64,000 bases of DNA, taken from contig NC_043022.1 of assembly GCF_006345805.1 (NCBI RefSeq), forward strand, positions 5,828,001 to 5,892,000. The letters run 5' to 3'. The stretch comes from Octopus sinensis. Lineage: Eukaryota. Every line of letters starts with the position of its first letter. The first letter of the stretch is position 1. The notes under the pieces are model-generated. The model was not told the origin of the DNA, ran no database searches, and saw only the letters and a program-made list of their open reading frames with translations. This document shows, in pieces, positions 13,676 to 26,277 of this stretch. Position numbers and translations under genes: made by a program.

Positions 13676-13832
13676 AAGGGCAGACTGAGCCATCAGTCAA
13701 TCAGGCACTGCCCAAGGGCCTGGAGATCTGAGGGGCCCGCACTCAACATGTTAACTCTCTTTGATATCAATGCTAAGTGGCCTGGTGAACAGTTATACCT
13801 GAGGGCCCTTAATACTCTCAGTCCGACCCTAA
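13676..13832. mobile_element. hAT-type MITE (157 bp)
   Basis: Imperfect TIRs (aagggcagactgag / ctcagtccgaccctaa) flanked by a perfect 8-bp direct repeat ctcaggac (13668-13675, 13833-13840). Confidence 0.6.
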
Positions 13833-13911
13833 CTCAGGACCTCAACTCGTGAAGGAACCACAGAGGCATTGTCATGTCATATGGCATACTTTGAACATCT
13901 TTATATCTTTA

Positions 13912-14244
13912 CCCTTTAGTGATTAAACCGGCAATATCCGGCCTAAATATTCTACATGTCTTATATTCAAATAAACAATCATTGAAACCTCAAAACTATA
14001 AGATAATGCATGATTAATTAAAAACAACTTGAGTGAAAAATTATTACATTTAACAGAGTAATCTGAACAATAAAGGCGGCAAGCTGGCAGAAACTTCAGC
14101 ATGCCAGGCGAAATGCTTAGCGATATTTTGTCTGTCTTTAAATTAAGTACCAGCTGCATACTGCGGTCAATCTAATCAACTGGCCTCTTACCCAACATTT
14201 CGGGCCTTGTGTCTAGAGAAGAAAAGAATCTGAACACTAAAGGG
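13912..14244. mobile_element. piggyBac-type MITE with a nested SINE A
   Basis: Perfect 10-bp TIR ccctttagtg/cactaaaggg, TTTA/TTAA flanks, homologous to 30652-30871; internally deleted SINE A at 14076-14226 is bounded by a 16-bp near-TSD aatctgaaca(a/c)taaag. Confidence 0.8.
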
Positions 14245-14384
14245 TTAATGACTTGTAAAGATGTATTTCGTTATGCAACCCTAACATACTACAAAGTATA
14301 TAAAATGTTTTTTTTATAAGCCAATAGCATGTCCTTCTGTGTTAGCAGTGCATTTTACAACACTTATGGTTATCATCTTTGTTA

Positions 14385-14975
14385 TGATTTCATCTTCCTT
14401 GGCTCCAAAATAAATCGAGATGGTGACTGCACTCCAGAAATAAGACGGCGGATAGTACTAGGCAGAGAGGCTATGATCAGCATGAGTAGGGTCTGGAAGA
14501 GTAGAGACATCAGACTCACTACCAAATGCAGATTGGTGAATGCAATTGTCTTCCCAGTAGCAACATATGGATGCGAGACCTGGACACTAAATAAAGCTGA
14601 CCAGAAGAGAATTATGCATTCGAGCTTTGGTGTTGGAGAAGACTTTTACAGATTCCATGGACAGCGAGGCTCACCAATGGAGAAGTTCTTAAGCAGATCA
14701 GGCCGAAAATGTCGCTAGAAGCTAGGATCACCAGCATAGATGGCATATCTGGTCATAATAGCAGAGAAAATCCCTGGAGAAGGACATCATGCTCGGAATG
14801 GTCAGTGCAAGAGAGGAAGAGGCTGACCAAGAACCGCTGGCTGACACAATCAAGAGTGATACCAGAATGGACATAGCCAATCTGAAAGAAGCGACCCAGG
14901 ATAGAACTGACTGGAGGACACTGATCCAACGAGTGACCGAGAGTCGACTTCGACTGAGCGGATAGATAGATAGAT
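14385..14975 (+). mobile_element. RTE-BovB-like LINE, 3' fragment (post-RT C-terminal region), with frameshifts and an (ATAG)n tail
   Basis: DFIFLGSKINRDGDCTPEIRRRIVLGR...VFPVATYGCETWT...FELWCWRRLLQIPWTAR parallels BovB DFIFLGSKITADGDCSHEIKRR...FELWCWRRLLRVPWTAR. Confidence 0.9.
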
Positions 14976-16042
14976 AGTTATGGTTATTTCTTCAGATACT
15001 GCATAGAAATTATAGCCAGCACTGATTTTTGCTATGATCAGGACTAGCTATAATTTCTGTAGAATATCTGTAGAGATTACCTTAACAAGAGATCTTTATA
15101 TCTGGCACAATCCATGCCTCACCTGGTCTAAATGGTTTCTTCCAGTAAAAGACAGATAAAGAGAAGAAACAATCCCTAGCACAGCGCAGGGGCTTTATTT
15201 ATCAACGCTGAAAGTATGGAAGACAAAGTTAACCTCAGAGTGCAGGGTAGCTGGAACATTTACCAAGACACAATCTTTCCAGCGCTTTACCAACTTTTCC
15301 AGCAAACCACTTTAATATCAAAATTAAGAAAATTCAAATTGTATTTTTTCCCATAAACGGAGAAAAATACTTTCGGAAGTTTGTAATTCCATTCAATCAT
15401 GAAGAGAATGAAATCTATGATTGATATATTAACTTCAGTGTTTCTCTGACATTAGTGTTCCAACTGACTGGTTTTTATATCTTACCACGACCGTTTCTCC
15501 AAGACTTCCAAGTCTTAAACAACTCTCACACACATGCTGGTTCCCTTACCAATTCTCCATTAACCTTCAGTTTCTCATTTCTCACAAGAAAGGGCGTGTT
15601 TTTTGATCTTCGACTAAAACTTCAAAGTCCCAATGTACATCAGCACCCTTCAAACTTTATGGTCCAAATTTCTTTGGTTGCTTCCAACTGACCATAAATT
15701 ATGTCGGCTTCTAAAGTAGACACACAGACAGATGGAGATTTTTGTGTGTGGTCAAATTCTATTGTCTCATCAGTAAACATGTCTGACTGTGCAGTTATAT
15801 AAACACATGCATATGCACACTCATACACACACTTTTACATATATGCAAATGTATGTATATATATGCATACATATATGTACGTAAATATATATATACATAT
15901 ACACACACATATATATATACATGCGTGTGTGTTTATACGTAGGTGAGAGTATGCGTATGCATGTCTATACATGCACTTTTGATAAATAATCTTGTGTTCA
16001 CACACTGATTCTAATGTATACATGAATGCGTGTATAATGTGT

Positions 16043-16087
<45 letters not shown>

Positions 16088-16354
16088 GTATATTATATAA
16101 TATATATATATATATATATAGTATGTATGTATGTATGTATGTATATATATATGTATATATATATATTTATATATATACATATATAAATACATATCTACCA
16201 TATACACAATATATACATGTGTATTTATATATATATATATATACATACACACACACATATTTATATACATAAATACATTCATATATATAGAATCCCACAA
16301 ATTTAGTTTATCTAATCACACTAACATATAACGTGTATATATAAACACTATCAC

Positions 16355-17485
16355 ATATGCACTGTGAGTGTTTGTGTGTGTTTATGTGTGTGTGTGTTTG
16401 TGTTTGTCTGCATGCCTGTGTGTGTGCGTGCATGTGTGTGTTTGTGCGTGCATGTGTGTGTGTGTGCATGTATGTGTATGTGTGTGTGTGTGTGCATGTG
16501 TGTGTTTGTGCGTGCATGTGTGGTGTGGTGCGTGCATGTTTGTTTGTGCGTGCATGTGTGTGTGCGTGCATGTATGTGTATGTGTGTGTGTGTGTGGCAT
16601 GTGTGGTGTTTTGTGCGTGCATGTGTGTGTGTGCGTGCATGTTTGTTTGTGCGTGCATGTGTGTGTGCGTGCATGTATGTGTATGTGTGTGTGTGTGTGC
16701 ATGTGTGTGTTTGTGCGTGCATGTGTGTGTATGTGTGTGTTGTGTGCATGTTTGTTTGTGCGTGCATGTGTGTGTGCGTTGCATGTATGTGTATGTGTGT
16801 GTGTGTGTGTGCATGTGTGTGTTGTGCGTGCATGTGTGTGTGTGTGCGGCATGTTTTGTTTGTGCATGCATGTGTGTGCGTGCATGTATGTGTATGTGTG
16901 TGTGTGTGTGCTTGTGTGTGTTTGTGCGTGCATGTGTGTGTGTGTGCGTGCATGTTTGTTTGTGCGTGCATGTGTGTGTGTGCGTGCGTGCATGTATGTG
17001 TATGTGTGTGTGTGCGCGTGCATGTGTGTGTTTGTGCGTGCATGTGTGTGTGTGTGCGTGCATGTTTGTTTGTACATGCATGTGTGTGTGCGTGCATGTA
17101 TGGTCGGTGTGTGTGTGTGTGCATGTGTGTGTTTGTGCGTGCATGTGTGTTGTGTGTGCGTGCATGTTTGTTTGTGCGTGCATGTGTGTGTGCGTGCATG
17201 TATGTGTATGTGTGTGTGTGTGTGCTTGTGTGTGTTTGTGCGTGCATGTGTGTGTGTGTGCGTGCATGTTTGTTTGTGCGTGCATGTGTGTGTGTGCGTG
17301 CGTGCATGTATGTGTATATGTGTGTGTGCGCGTGCATGTGGTGTGTTTGTGCATGTATGTGTGTGTGTGTGTGTGCATGCATGTTTCTTTGTGCGTGCAT
17401 GTGTGTGTGTGTGTCATGTATGTGTATGTGTGTGCGTGTTGTGTGTGTGTGTGTGTGTGTGTGCGTGCGTGCATGTGCGTGCGCA
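16355..17485. repeat. Compound GT/GCAT minisatellite (gcgtgcatgtttgtttgt core)
   Basis: Direct reading; source of the 350-430 aa spurious ORFs. Confidence 0.95.
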
Positions 17486-17774
17486 TTTCAAGTATATGAT
17501 TGGCTCCTTTAATATTCCTTTGCACTTGAAAGTTTCCGTCCCTCCAAGTTTCCGTCCCTCCATGTTTTATTTCTCCTTTGATATTCCACAACTGCAGACT
17601 TTATTTTAAGGGTTAGACTTAACACATCACCCCCATGTGTAACAATCACCATTAACACCCGGCCCCTTGCTGGCACCTTAACTGGAGTCCAGTCTGCGAG
17701 TTGGTCAGAAGTGTTTAGGGGTTGAATCAAGAGGAAATGGTTCAAAAAAGAGGGAGAGATAATGTAAGAAGTCA

Positions 17775-17928
17775 CCCAGTACATTCTGTGAAGTGGTTGG
17801 CATTAGGAAAGGCATCCAGCTGTAGAAACCATGCCAAAACAGGTAGCTGAGTTCGGTAGAGTCTTCTGGCTTGCCAGTTCCTGTCCAACCCATGCCAGGG
17901 TGGGAAACGGACATTAAAGGATGATGAC
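17775..17928 (+). mobile_element. Family D 3' fragment
   Basis: aggaaaggcatccagctgtagaaaccatgcc...ggacattaaaggatgatga. Confidence 0.8.
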
Positions 17929-17930
17929 AA

Positions 17931-18195
17931 TGCGTGTTGTGTTCTTGAGCAAGACACTTTATTTCACGTTGCTCCAGTTCACTCAGCTGTAGAAATGAGT
18001 TGCGACGTCACAGGTGCCAAGCTGTATTGGCCCTTGCCTTTCCCTTGGACAACATCGGTGATGTGGAGAGGGGAGGCCGGTATGCATGGGCGACTGCTGG
18101 TCTTCCATAAAAAACAACCTTGCCCAGACTTGTGCCTCAGAGAGTAACTCTCTAGGTGCAAACCCACGGTCAGTGTCTGACCGAAGGGAGTCACC
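17931..18195 (+). mobile_element. SINE family C1, 5'-truncated
   Basis: High similarity to 20416-20756. Confidence 0.85.
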
Positions 18196-18251
18196 ACCAT
18201 CACCATATATATATACATATATACATATATGTACATACTTACATGTATACG

Positions 18252-18290
<39 letters not shown>

Positions 18291-18737
18291 CTATGCTTAT
18301 ATACATATATGTACATACTTACATGTATATGTATATATATATACACATGCATATGTGGGCATAGGACGTCACGAAACATGTACAAAACAAACAAAAATAC
18401 GAAGCATTATGAACTATTTTTTTGAGCAACAAAAGACAAATGGAAAACAAAGCAAACAACATAAAGAAAGACCCTTCATCAGTTGTTGGCTGTTTAAATA
18501 TATATATATATATTACTGATATCTTTATATATATATATATATATATTATTGATGTGTGTGTGTGTGTTTATATGTATCAAAATTTGAAAAATTTAAATTG
18601 TATCTTTTTCCTGTAAAAGTAGAAAAAGAAATACTTTGAAAAATTTGCAAAAATCTGTTCAGCTGTGAAGAGAAGCGAATGTATGATTGATATATTATCT
18701 TCAGCGCTTCTCTGGCATTAATGTTCCAATATATATA

Positions 18738-18779
<42 letters not shown>

Positions 18780-18861
18780 TGGGCCAAAAGTCATTCACCA
18801 TGACATTTGGAATTTTATTTATATTACAGTATTACTATTACGTACAGTATATATATATCGT

Positions 18862-19165
18862 CATCATCATCATCATCGTTTAAACGTCCGTTCTCCATGC
18901 TAGCATGGGTTGGACGGTTCGACCGGGGATCTGGGAAGCCAGAAGGCTGCACCAGGCTCCAGTCTTATCTGGCAATGTTTCTACAGCTGGATGCCCTTCC
19001 TAATGCCAACCACTCCGTGAGTGTAGTGGGTGCTTTTTATGTGCCACCTGCACTGGAGCCAGGCGAGGCTGGCATCGGCCACGGTCGGATTGGTGCATTT
19101 TACGTGCCACCTGCACAGAAGCCAGTCGAGGCGGCACTGGCTTCGGCCACGATTCGGATGGTATA
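18862..19165 (-). mobile_element. Family D
   Basis: Reverse complement of 38311-38565. Confidence 0.85.
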
Positions 19166-19289
19166 TATATATATACTGTTTCAATGTTACTGCATCACTT
19201 TTCACCCACCCTGTATATGCTTGTATGTATGTATGCATGTATGTATGTATATATATATGTGTGTGTGTGTGTGTTGCCCCCTCCTCTCT

Positions 19290-19323
<34 letters not shown>

Positions 19324-19325
19324 TA

Positions 19326-19492
19326 TAGGTGCAGGTGTGGCTATGTGGTAAGAAACTTGCTTCCCAACCACATGGTTCTGGGTTCAGTCCCACTGTGTGG
19401 AACTCTGGTCAAGTGCCTTCTACTATAGCTTTGGGCTGACTAAAGTCTTGTGAGTGGATTTGGTAGATGAAAACTGAAAAAAGCTCGTCATA
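19326..19492 (+). mobile_element. SINE family B, 5' half
   Basis: Head plus CORE-like segment. Confidence 0.8.
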
Positions 19493-19820
19493 TGTGTGTG
19501 TGTACATGCATGTGTGTGTGCATATATGTATACACACATATATATGTATGCATTGTATATATATAGATATACCTTCCTTCCTGAGCATCCAATAATACTA
19601 TACTTGTTCCACGTCCTCGCGTTGTTGTGTTTTCTCTTTGTGTTTTCATGTTTGGATTAACTATATATATATATATATAAAATAATAATAATGGTATTAT
19701 ATATATAATAATGGTATTTTTATATAAGCTTAAAGTTTGTGGCGATCACCATGCAATGACTGAGGAAAATAGTCTAATAAAGAGACATATAAGCCCTCGA
19801 CAGAAAAAAGAAAGCTTTCC

Positions 19821-19889
19821 TATCTGTGTGGGGCTCGAACCCACATCCCTTTGTTAACATGACTAAGTGTGTTACCTTTACACTAGCGA
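19821..19889 (-). pseudogene. tRNA-like sequence (degenerate tRNA or SINE head)
   Basis: Minus strand: D-arm GTGT-AAAGGTA-ACAC and perfect T-arm GTGGG-TTCGAGC-CCCAC; weak anticodon stem around CAT; no acceptor stem. Confidence 0.5.
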
Positions 19890-20415
19890 ATTATATATAT
19901 ATATATATATCACAGTATTGACCAGACTGTCAGATGTTTCATCCCACTGGTTGCAATGCACTTCATCACATTGTTTTAGCTTTGAAGTGATGCCACCCCT
20001 GCTGGCTAGGCATGAAGGCCAACATTCACCCAAAACAGAAGCTCAGTCTGTTACAGGGTAACCCATTTAGTGTTGTGTATATTTGCTCACACACATGCAG
20101 TCTAGGGTTGCAGAGGCATGGAAAGGCCTGTGAAAATCTACTGATAGGTCCTCCTGTAAAAAAAAAAAAAGGCCCATCCACTGAATTTTGTCTGGATAGT
20201 GAAAGTGAAAGTAAATTTGTTAACCCAGCAAGATCGCACTTGGAGAACCAGACCAAGGACCATATCTTTTTGGCTGGCACCAAAGGGAGTTACTATATTC
20301 ATCTCATTGATTCACCTCTACATCACATATGTTTATCGGAGAGTTCACAAGAGTACCTCAATAAAGCTGACAGATGTGAGGGGAGAGTGAATACTCTAAT
20401 ATTTCAGGTAATATT

Positions 20416-20756
20416 GTGAAGGCGCATGGCTCAGTGATTAGAGCGTCGAGCTTACGATCGTGAGGTTGTGAGCTCGAATCCCGGACCAGGCTGCGTGTTG
20501 TGTTCTTGAGCAAGGTACTTTATTTCACGTTGCTCCAGTTCACTCAGCTGTAGAAATGAGTTGCGACGTCACTGGTGCCAAGGTGTATCAACCTTTGTCT
20601 TTCCCTCGGATAACACTGGTGGCGTGGAGAGGGGAGGCTGGTATGGATGGGCGACTGCTGGTCTTCCATAAACAACCTCGCCCGGACTTGTGTCTAGGAG
20701 GGTAACTTTCTAGGTGCAATCCCATGGTCTGTGTCGTGACCGAAGGGGGTCTCTCT
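20416..20756 (+). mobile_element. SINE family C1, full length, with TSD
   Basis: tRNA-like head (tggctcagtgattagagc...gagctcgaatccc); 12-bp TSD tcaggtaatatt at 20404-20415 and 20757-20768. Confidence 0.9.
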
Positions 20757-21197
20757 CAGGTAATATTACCCTCTGTCTGAGAGGGAGAGAAAGAGAAAGA
20801 GAGAAGGAATGAAAGAGAGAATGAGAAAGAGAAAGAGACTGAGGGAGAGAGTGGTATTTTTACTCTTGGTTGTAAGCAAGTAAAATGGAGCAAAAACTGA
20901 AGGGATGGAGAGATTCTGAGTTGAACGATGTGGAGAGAGAGATGGGGGGGGGGAGACAGAATGGAGGAGAAAAAGGGAGGGTATATGTGGGAGGGTGAAT
21001 AAGATGAATGAAGGAGGAAGTTAATAGGAAAGCGAAAGTAGGAAGAGCCAATGGCTGAAGTGAGCCAGAAGTTGTAGAAGTTAGTGTTGAAGTGGTGTTG
21101 GAGATGGATAACTCAAGGGTCCAGAAGACACAGACTAACCAGACCAAGAAAACTATTTAAGTAAAAGACACAATAAATTCTCAAATCTATAGAAGAG

Positions 21198-21445
21198 TGT
21201 GGAGGTTCCTGGCTCAGTGGTTAGGGTGTCAGTATCATGATCATAAGGTCGTGGTTTCAATTCTTAGACCAGGCGATGCGTTGTGTTCTTGAACAAAACA
21301 CTTCATTTCACGTTGCTCCAGTCCACTCAGCTGGCAAAAATGAGTAATGCTGTGATGGACTGGCATCCTGTCCAGCTGGGGAACACATACACCATAGAAA
21401 CTGGGAAACCGGGCCCAAGAGCCTGGCTAGACTTTAAAAAAAGGG
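21198..21445 (+). mobile_element. SINE family C, variant C3
   Basis: Homologous to 50822-51070 and 51090-51320. Confidence 0.75.
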
Positions 21446-22189
21446 CGCATAAAAGAGTAGGATATGAGAAGTGAAAGACGAGAGAAGTGGTATGAGGTGA
21501 ACAAAGAAGTGGGAAGCTAAGACTAGGAAAATGAGAGAGTTACAAGATGGAAGCTGGAAGTTGAAAAAAAGGGCTGAAACTGCAGGAAAAAAAAATGGAG
21601 ACTGCAGCTAGAAACAAGGTGAAAAATGTATCTCTTTCTACCTGTTAGCAGGGAAGCAAACTAATTAAGATCTAGAAATAAATGCTGAAATTTGATCCGA
21701 GAACACTGAACCACATGAAGTCGATGGAGTAGGATGGATAGTGGTGATACAATATATTTACAGACTTGTCCAACCCACGCCGTTATGGAAAAAAAAAAAA
21801 AGAAAATTATGTATTTGCTGAAATAGTGATAACAATTTTAATGGGGAGGTGTAAACTTGTCATCTTTTAATAACTGTCTCATTATGAGAAACAGAAACAT
21901 AAAGCGCACATTTATGGCCTGGTTTGTCACTTAACGGACATAAACACTGTTTGTAACAATTAAGGGAAATAAAGAAGACATCCTGACAACTGGTTGATCT
22001 CCAAGCTACGTCTATCTAATCAACGCACACAGACCCTGCCTGGTGGCGCAGTATTTTTTGGAAGAGAAGGAGCAAAATAATTTATGTACATTTGGAAAGA
22101 AAGAACGGTGATATTTGATACGTTACAATGGTCTTGCAGATAGATTACACTCTAGTTATTTCAGAGAATTTATATACATTTGTGTGCGT

Positions 22190-22257
22190 GTGTGTACGTA
22201 CATATGTATGTATGTATGTATATATATATATGTAAGTATGTATGTATATATGTATAT

Positions 22258-22295
<38 letters not shown>

Positions 22296-22704
22296 CTATA
22301 ATATATATGATACATATATATATGTATATATGTATATATACATATGTTATATATATACATATATATATAATACATATATATGTATAATATATATACATAT
22401 ATATGTATATATATATAGATATAATATATACACAACACATATATATATATATATAATACATATATATATTACATATATATATAACACATATATATATATA
22501 TAATAATATATATATATATATATGACTATATATATATGATACATATATATATGTATATATGTATATATACATATGTTATATATATATCCATATATATATA
22601 ATACATAGATACATGTATAGTATATATATATAGTACATATCTATGTATATATATATATATATACAACACCATATAATAGATATAATACAACTATATATCT
22701 ATAC

Positions 22705-22764
<60 letters not shown>

Positions 22765-22790
22765 GTATATGTATATGTCTATATGTAATG
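22190..22790. repeat. (TA)n-rich compound microsatellite
   Basis: Direct reading. Confidence 0.95.
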
Positions 22791-22884
22791 CCTATATCTT
22801 CTGCCTGGCTTCTACAAATTCTCGTCCTTCTCTCTTCCATTCGTTTGTTTTATGTTGGCATTCGATTTTTTTTTTTAAAACAAG

Positions 22885-23020
22885 TCTGACATATTACCCT
22901 CGTCATCACAATCTCCAACATCAACAGCAACACCGTTATCATCACCATCGTCATCGTCATCGTCATCATTCAAACGAGCGAGCGGTCATTGTGCTGATAA
23001 TTTCCAGCAGAAGACATAAA
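22885..23020 (+). other. Possible exon (His/Gln-rich if translated)
   Basis: Poly-T tract plus AG at 22883-22884; donor gtaagt at 23021; one open frame (..YYPRHHNLQHQQQHRYHHHRHRHRHHSNERAVIVLIISSRRHK); no homology recognised. Confidence 0.25.
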
Positions 23021-23406
23021 GTAAGTCCGGCTGTCATTTCGCAAACGATAAATAAAGTAACGAGGAATAAAGCAAAATACAAATTGAAATAAATAAAATG
23101 AAAAATGAAAATCAAATCTATGAAGGAGCATAAAATAATGTGAAATAAAATGAAATGAAACTCAATGATTTTTCACAGAAAGAAAAGTTCTTTAAAGAAG
23201 ATGGCTATGCAGAATATGAATATAAAGTTTCAAAATGGGAAGAAAAAAATGGAAGAAGTCTGATGTCATTGGGAAGTTTGATTATTAAAGGTTTATGTTG
23301 GACATCTGATACTTTATATATATTTATATACACATATATATACATAAATGCATACATATATATGTATATTTAACAAATATATGTATGCATGTATATAGTA
23401 TTATAT

Positions 23407-23456
<50 letters not shown>

Positions 23457-23945
23457 AACATGTATGTAATATACAGTATGTAATCTCTCTCTCTCCTCTC
23501 TCTCTTCTCTCTCTATATATATATATATATATAATATATATATAGATGTATGTATACACCTATGTTGAGTGTGTGTGTGTGTATATATATATATGACATA
23601 TATACAAACACATGTACACATGCACACACATACACACACACATGTACGTGCACACTGTTGCGATGTCAGTGGGTGGAATTCTTTACCGAAATTGCAGCTG
23701 AGATATATGATTCTCAGACATAAAAACAAACAGGAATCGTAGATAATAAAACCATTTTAGTATTTTACTGTCAAAGAAGCCGGAATGTAAAGAAAAATAC
23801 AAGGAAATAGAAGAAAATATCAGGAAAAACAGGAGAATAACCCAGAATATATATGCCAAAAGCCAGAATAAAACAAATATATATATATTATATATATATA
23901 TATATATATATGTATATTAAATATGCATGTGTGTGTATATGCATT

Positions 23946-23995
<50 letters not shown>

Positions 23996-24799
23996 TATAT
24001 ACATAAATGTAAAGTGAAAACCAAAGAACGCCAAGAGAAGAATAAAATCAAAAAATAAATGGAAGAAGCGATGTCGTCCTTTTTTTAGCATAATGTACAT
24101 TAAAGCTGTAAGATTCCTCTTCTCTGATATTCTATGTAGCCCTCTCCATCAATATTACCGTCTTTGGTGGTGGGCAGGATGGATGTATACATATATATGT
24201 ATACATACATACACACATACATTTATACAAATATATATATACACATACATATATACATACATATAAATATATACATACATATATATATATACACATACAT
24301 ATATATAATTATATATATGTATGTATATATGTGTGTATATATTCTAATTTCGGCTTCATTTAACACCAATGGTTTACCCTCTTCAGGTATTCTTCCCGCT
24401 ATCATCTGTGGTCTACCAAGGGCATATTATTATTCTCGGTTAAGCAAAGCAATGAATCATTTGGAATATTTTACCAGCAGACAACCGATTCCATAATTGA
24501 AAGTCTTGCAAGATGGGAGGCATGATCGGTGTAGCATATCTTCGGCTTAATTAGATTTGTACGCTGATGTAACGGAATCCCTTTGCCAAATTTTAAACAC
24601 CTACTGAATTCTAATAAGTTTCACGGTTATTATGAATTACACAACAAACCCCCACCACCACCACCCCCACCCCTGCCCTACCCCCCCTGAAACTGTCCTC
24701 CCATGTTTTCTTTAATCAGTCTCCCAGAGATTATTTCAGGATTCCTCATGCTAAAAATATATTGAAATTTTCATTTAAATTACTATAAATATATAGACA

Positions 24800-25025
24800 G
24801 GCGCAGGAGTGGCTGTGTGGTAAGTAGCTTGCTAACCAACCACATGGTTCCGGGTTCAGTCCCACTGCGTGGCATCTTGGGCAAGTGTCTTCTGCTATAG
24901 CCCCGGGCCCGACCATGCCTTGTGAGTGGATTTGGTAACGGAAACTGAAAGAAGCCTGTTGTATATATGTATATATATATGTATGTGTGTGTGTGTTTGT
25001 GTGTCTGTGTTTGTCCCCCTAGACA
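24800..25025 (+). mobile_element. SINE family B, 5' part (young)
   Basis: Near-identical to the 53463 copy. Confidence 0.9.
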
Positions 25026-25032
25026 CAAAAAT

Positions 25033-25063
<31 letters not shown>

Positions 25064-25129
25064 TATATCTATATATATATATATATATATAGGTAAACAG
25101 TAAAATATAATTACAGACATGGACAATAT

Positions 25130-25282
25130 ACACAACAGGCTTCTTTCAGTTTCCATCTACCTTATCCACTCACAAGGCTTTGGTAGCCTCGAGGATATAG
25201 TAGAAGACACCTGCTTAGTGGGACTGAACCCAGAACCATGTGGTTGGGAAGCAAGCTCTTTACCACAGAGCCACACCTGCAC
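25130..25282 (-). mobile_element. SINE family B, 5' half, inverted relative to the 24800 copy
   Basis: Reverse complement of head and CORE-like segment. Confidence 0.8.
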
Positions 25283-25324
25283 ATCATCATCATCATCGTT
25301 TAACACCCATTTTCCATGATGATG

Positions 25325-25870
25325 TTCCAGAGGACTTTCCCGTCGGGCACTATCATGGATAATCCCCAGATGTCCTTGGCCCGGGAGTGCTACCGAGCAG
25401 TGCTGTTCATTTGAGATAAATTCTGTAGGTATGGATGTGCTATCAGACAGGTTTGTCTGAGATGCATGTAGAATGATAAAACTGTTGTGCATTCACTCAT
25501 TCAGTGTCAGGGCATTGCTGACTTGTGGGGTTATATCAAACCGTTGCCGTCATGTGTGGGACAGATCCATCTTTCAGCTGAGTCTGTAGTGATGATCGCA
25601 CCACTGCCCTCCTTCAATTGTGCAGGCGAGGCAGTTTTCCTTTGCCTGGTGGCTGTGGCGAAAGAGGTTGTTTGGTGGACAAGGCTGAAAGGCATGAGGA
25701 CACATACATTCCTCTTTGGTAGAGATCTCATTGACTCCTTCAAGATTCTCTTGAAGAGGAAACTGAGAGTGGAGAGGGAAGTGCTTTCCTCGAGGGAGTT
25801 TATTGACTGGTGGGTGAAAGTTGCGGAAATGGCAAGAGTGGATGGTCCCTCTCTAAGTGTAGACCTGTGA
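25325..25870 (+). mobile_element. L1/Tx1-clade LINE ORF2 C-terminal fragment (degenerate CCHC zinc knuckle)
   Basis: VCLRCM*NDKTVVHSLIQC fits C-x2-C-x8-H-x4-C; followed by FLCLVAVAKEVVWWTRLKG...RKLRVERE...F..WW, typical of Tx1-like C-termini. Confidence 0.7.
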
Positions 25871-25914
25871 GTAGGAGAGAAGGAATTGGAGAGAATTCCT
25901 TGGAGAGAGGAGGA

Positions 25915-26115
25915 ATTGGCACCTATGCTGGTGGCATATAAAAGCACCCATTACACTCTCAGAGTGGTTGGTGTTAGGAAGGGCATCCAGCTGTAGGAAA
26001 CCATGCCAAATCAGACTGGAGCCTGGTACAGCCTTCCAGCATGCCAGCTTGGTCAAACTGACCAAACCATGTCAGCATGGACAACAGATGATGATGATGA
26101 TGATGATGATGATGA
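25915..26115 (+). mobile_element. Family D 3' part
   Basis: Diagnostic core and (GAT)n tail. Confidence 0.85.
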
Positions 26116-26201
26116 TATATAAGAAATATGAGGGGTTCAGTTCACTTGTGATCTAACCAAATAGGCACGCTGGGTAAGTGCTGTAAAATAGTCATACCCT
26201 T

Positions 26202-26277
26202 GTCTCTGATGACAGAATATCCAGTGCATGGACATGCTAACCTACCACTTGGGTTATCCCAGAAACAGCTGTAAGAC
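26202..26277 (+). ncRNA. Type I minimal hammerhead ribozyme-like motif (Penelope-type), probably decayed
   Basis: GTCT-CTGATGA (26206-26212)...GAAA-CAGCTG-TA-AGAC: stem I gtct/agac, short stem III with palindromic AGCT loop, GUA cleavage triplet; base of stem II is mismatched. Confidence 0.5.

Noticed and set aside
8815-17609. Long ORFs of 300-440 aa (HT/CV/IIII-rich)
   Set aside because: They are translations of CA/GT and ATT microsatellite arrays, open in several frames on both strands.
20680-20730. HDV-like ribozyme in the 3' part of SINE C (ggagggtaactttctaggtgcaa)
   Set aside because: I could not build a convincing P1/P1.1/P3 nested pseudoknot by hand; an RNArobo/Infernal search would be needed.
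22034-22049. CTCF-like motif cctgcctggtggcgc
   Set aside because: Only the 9-bp core matches; expected by chance.
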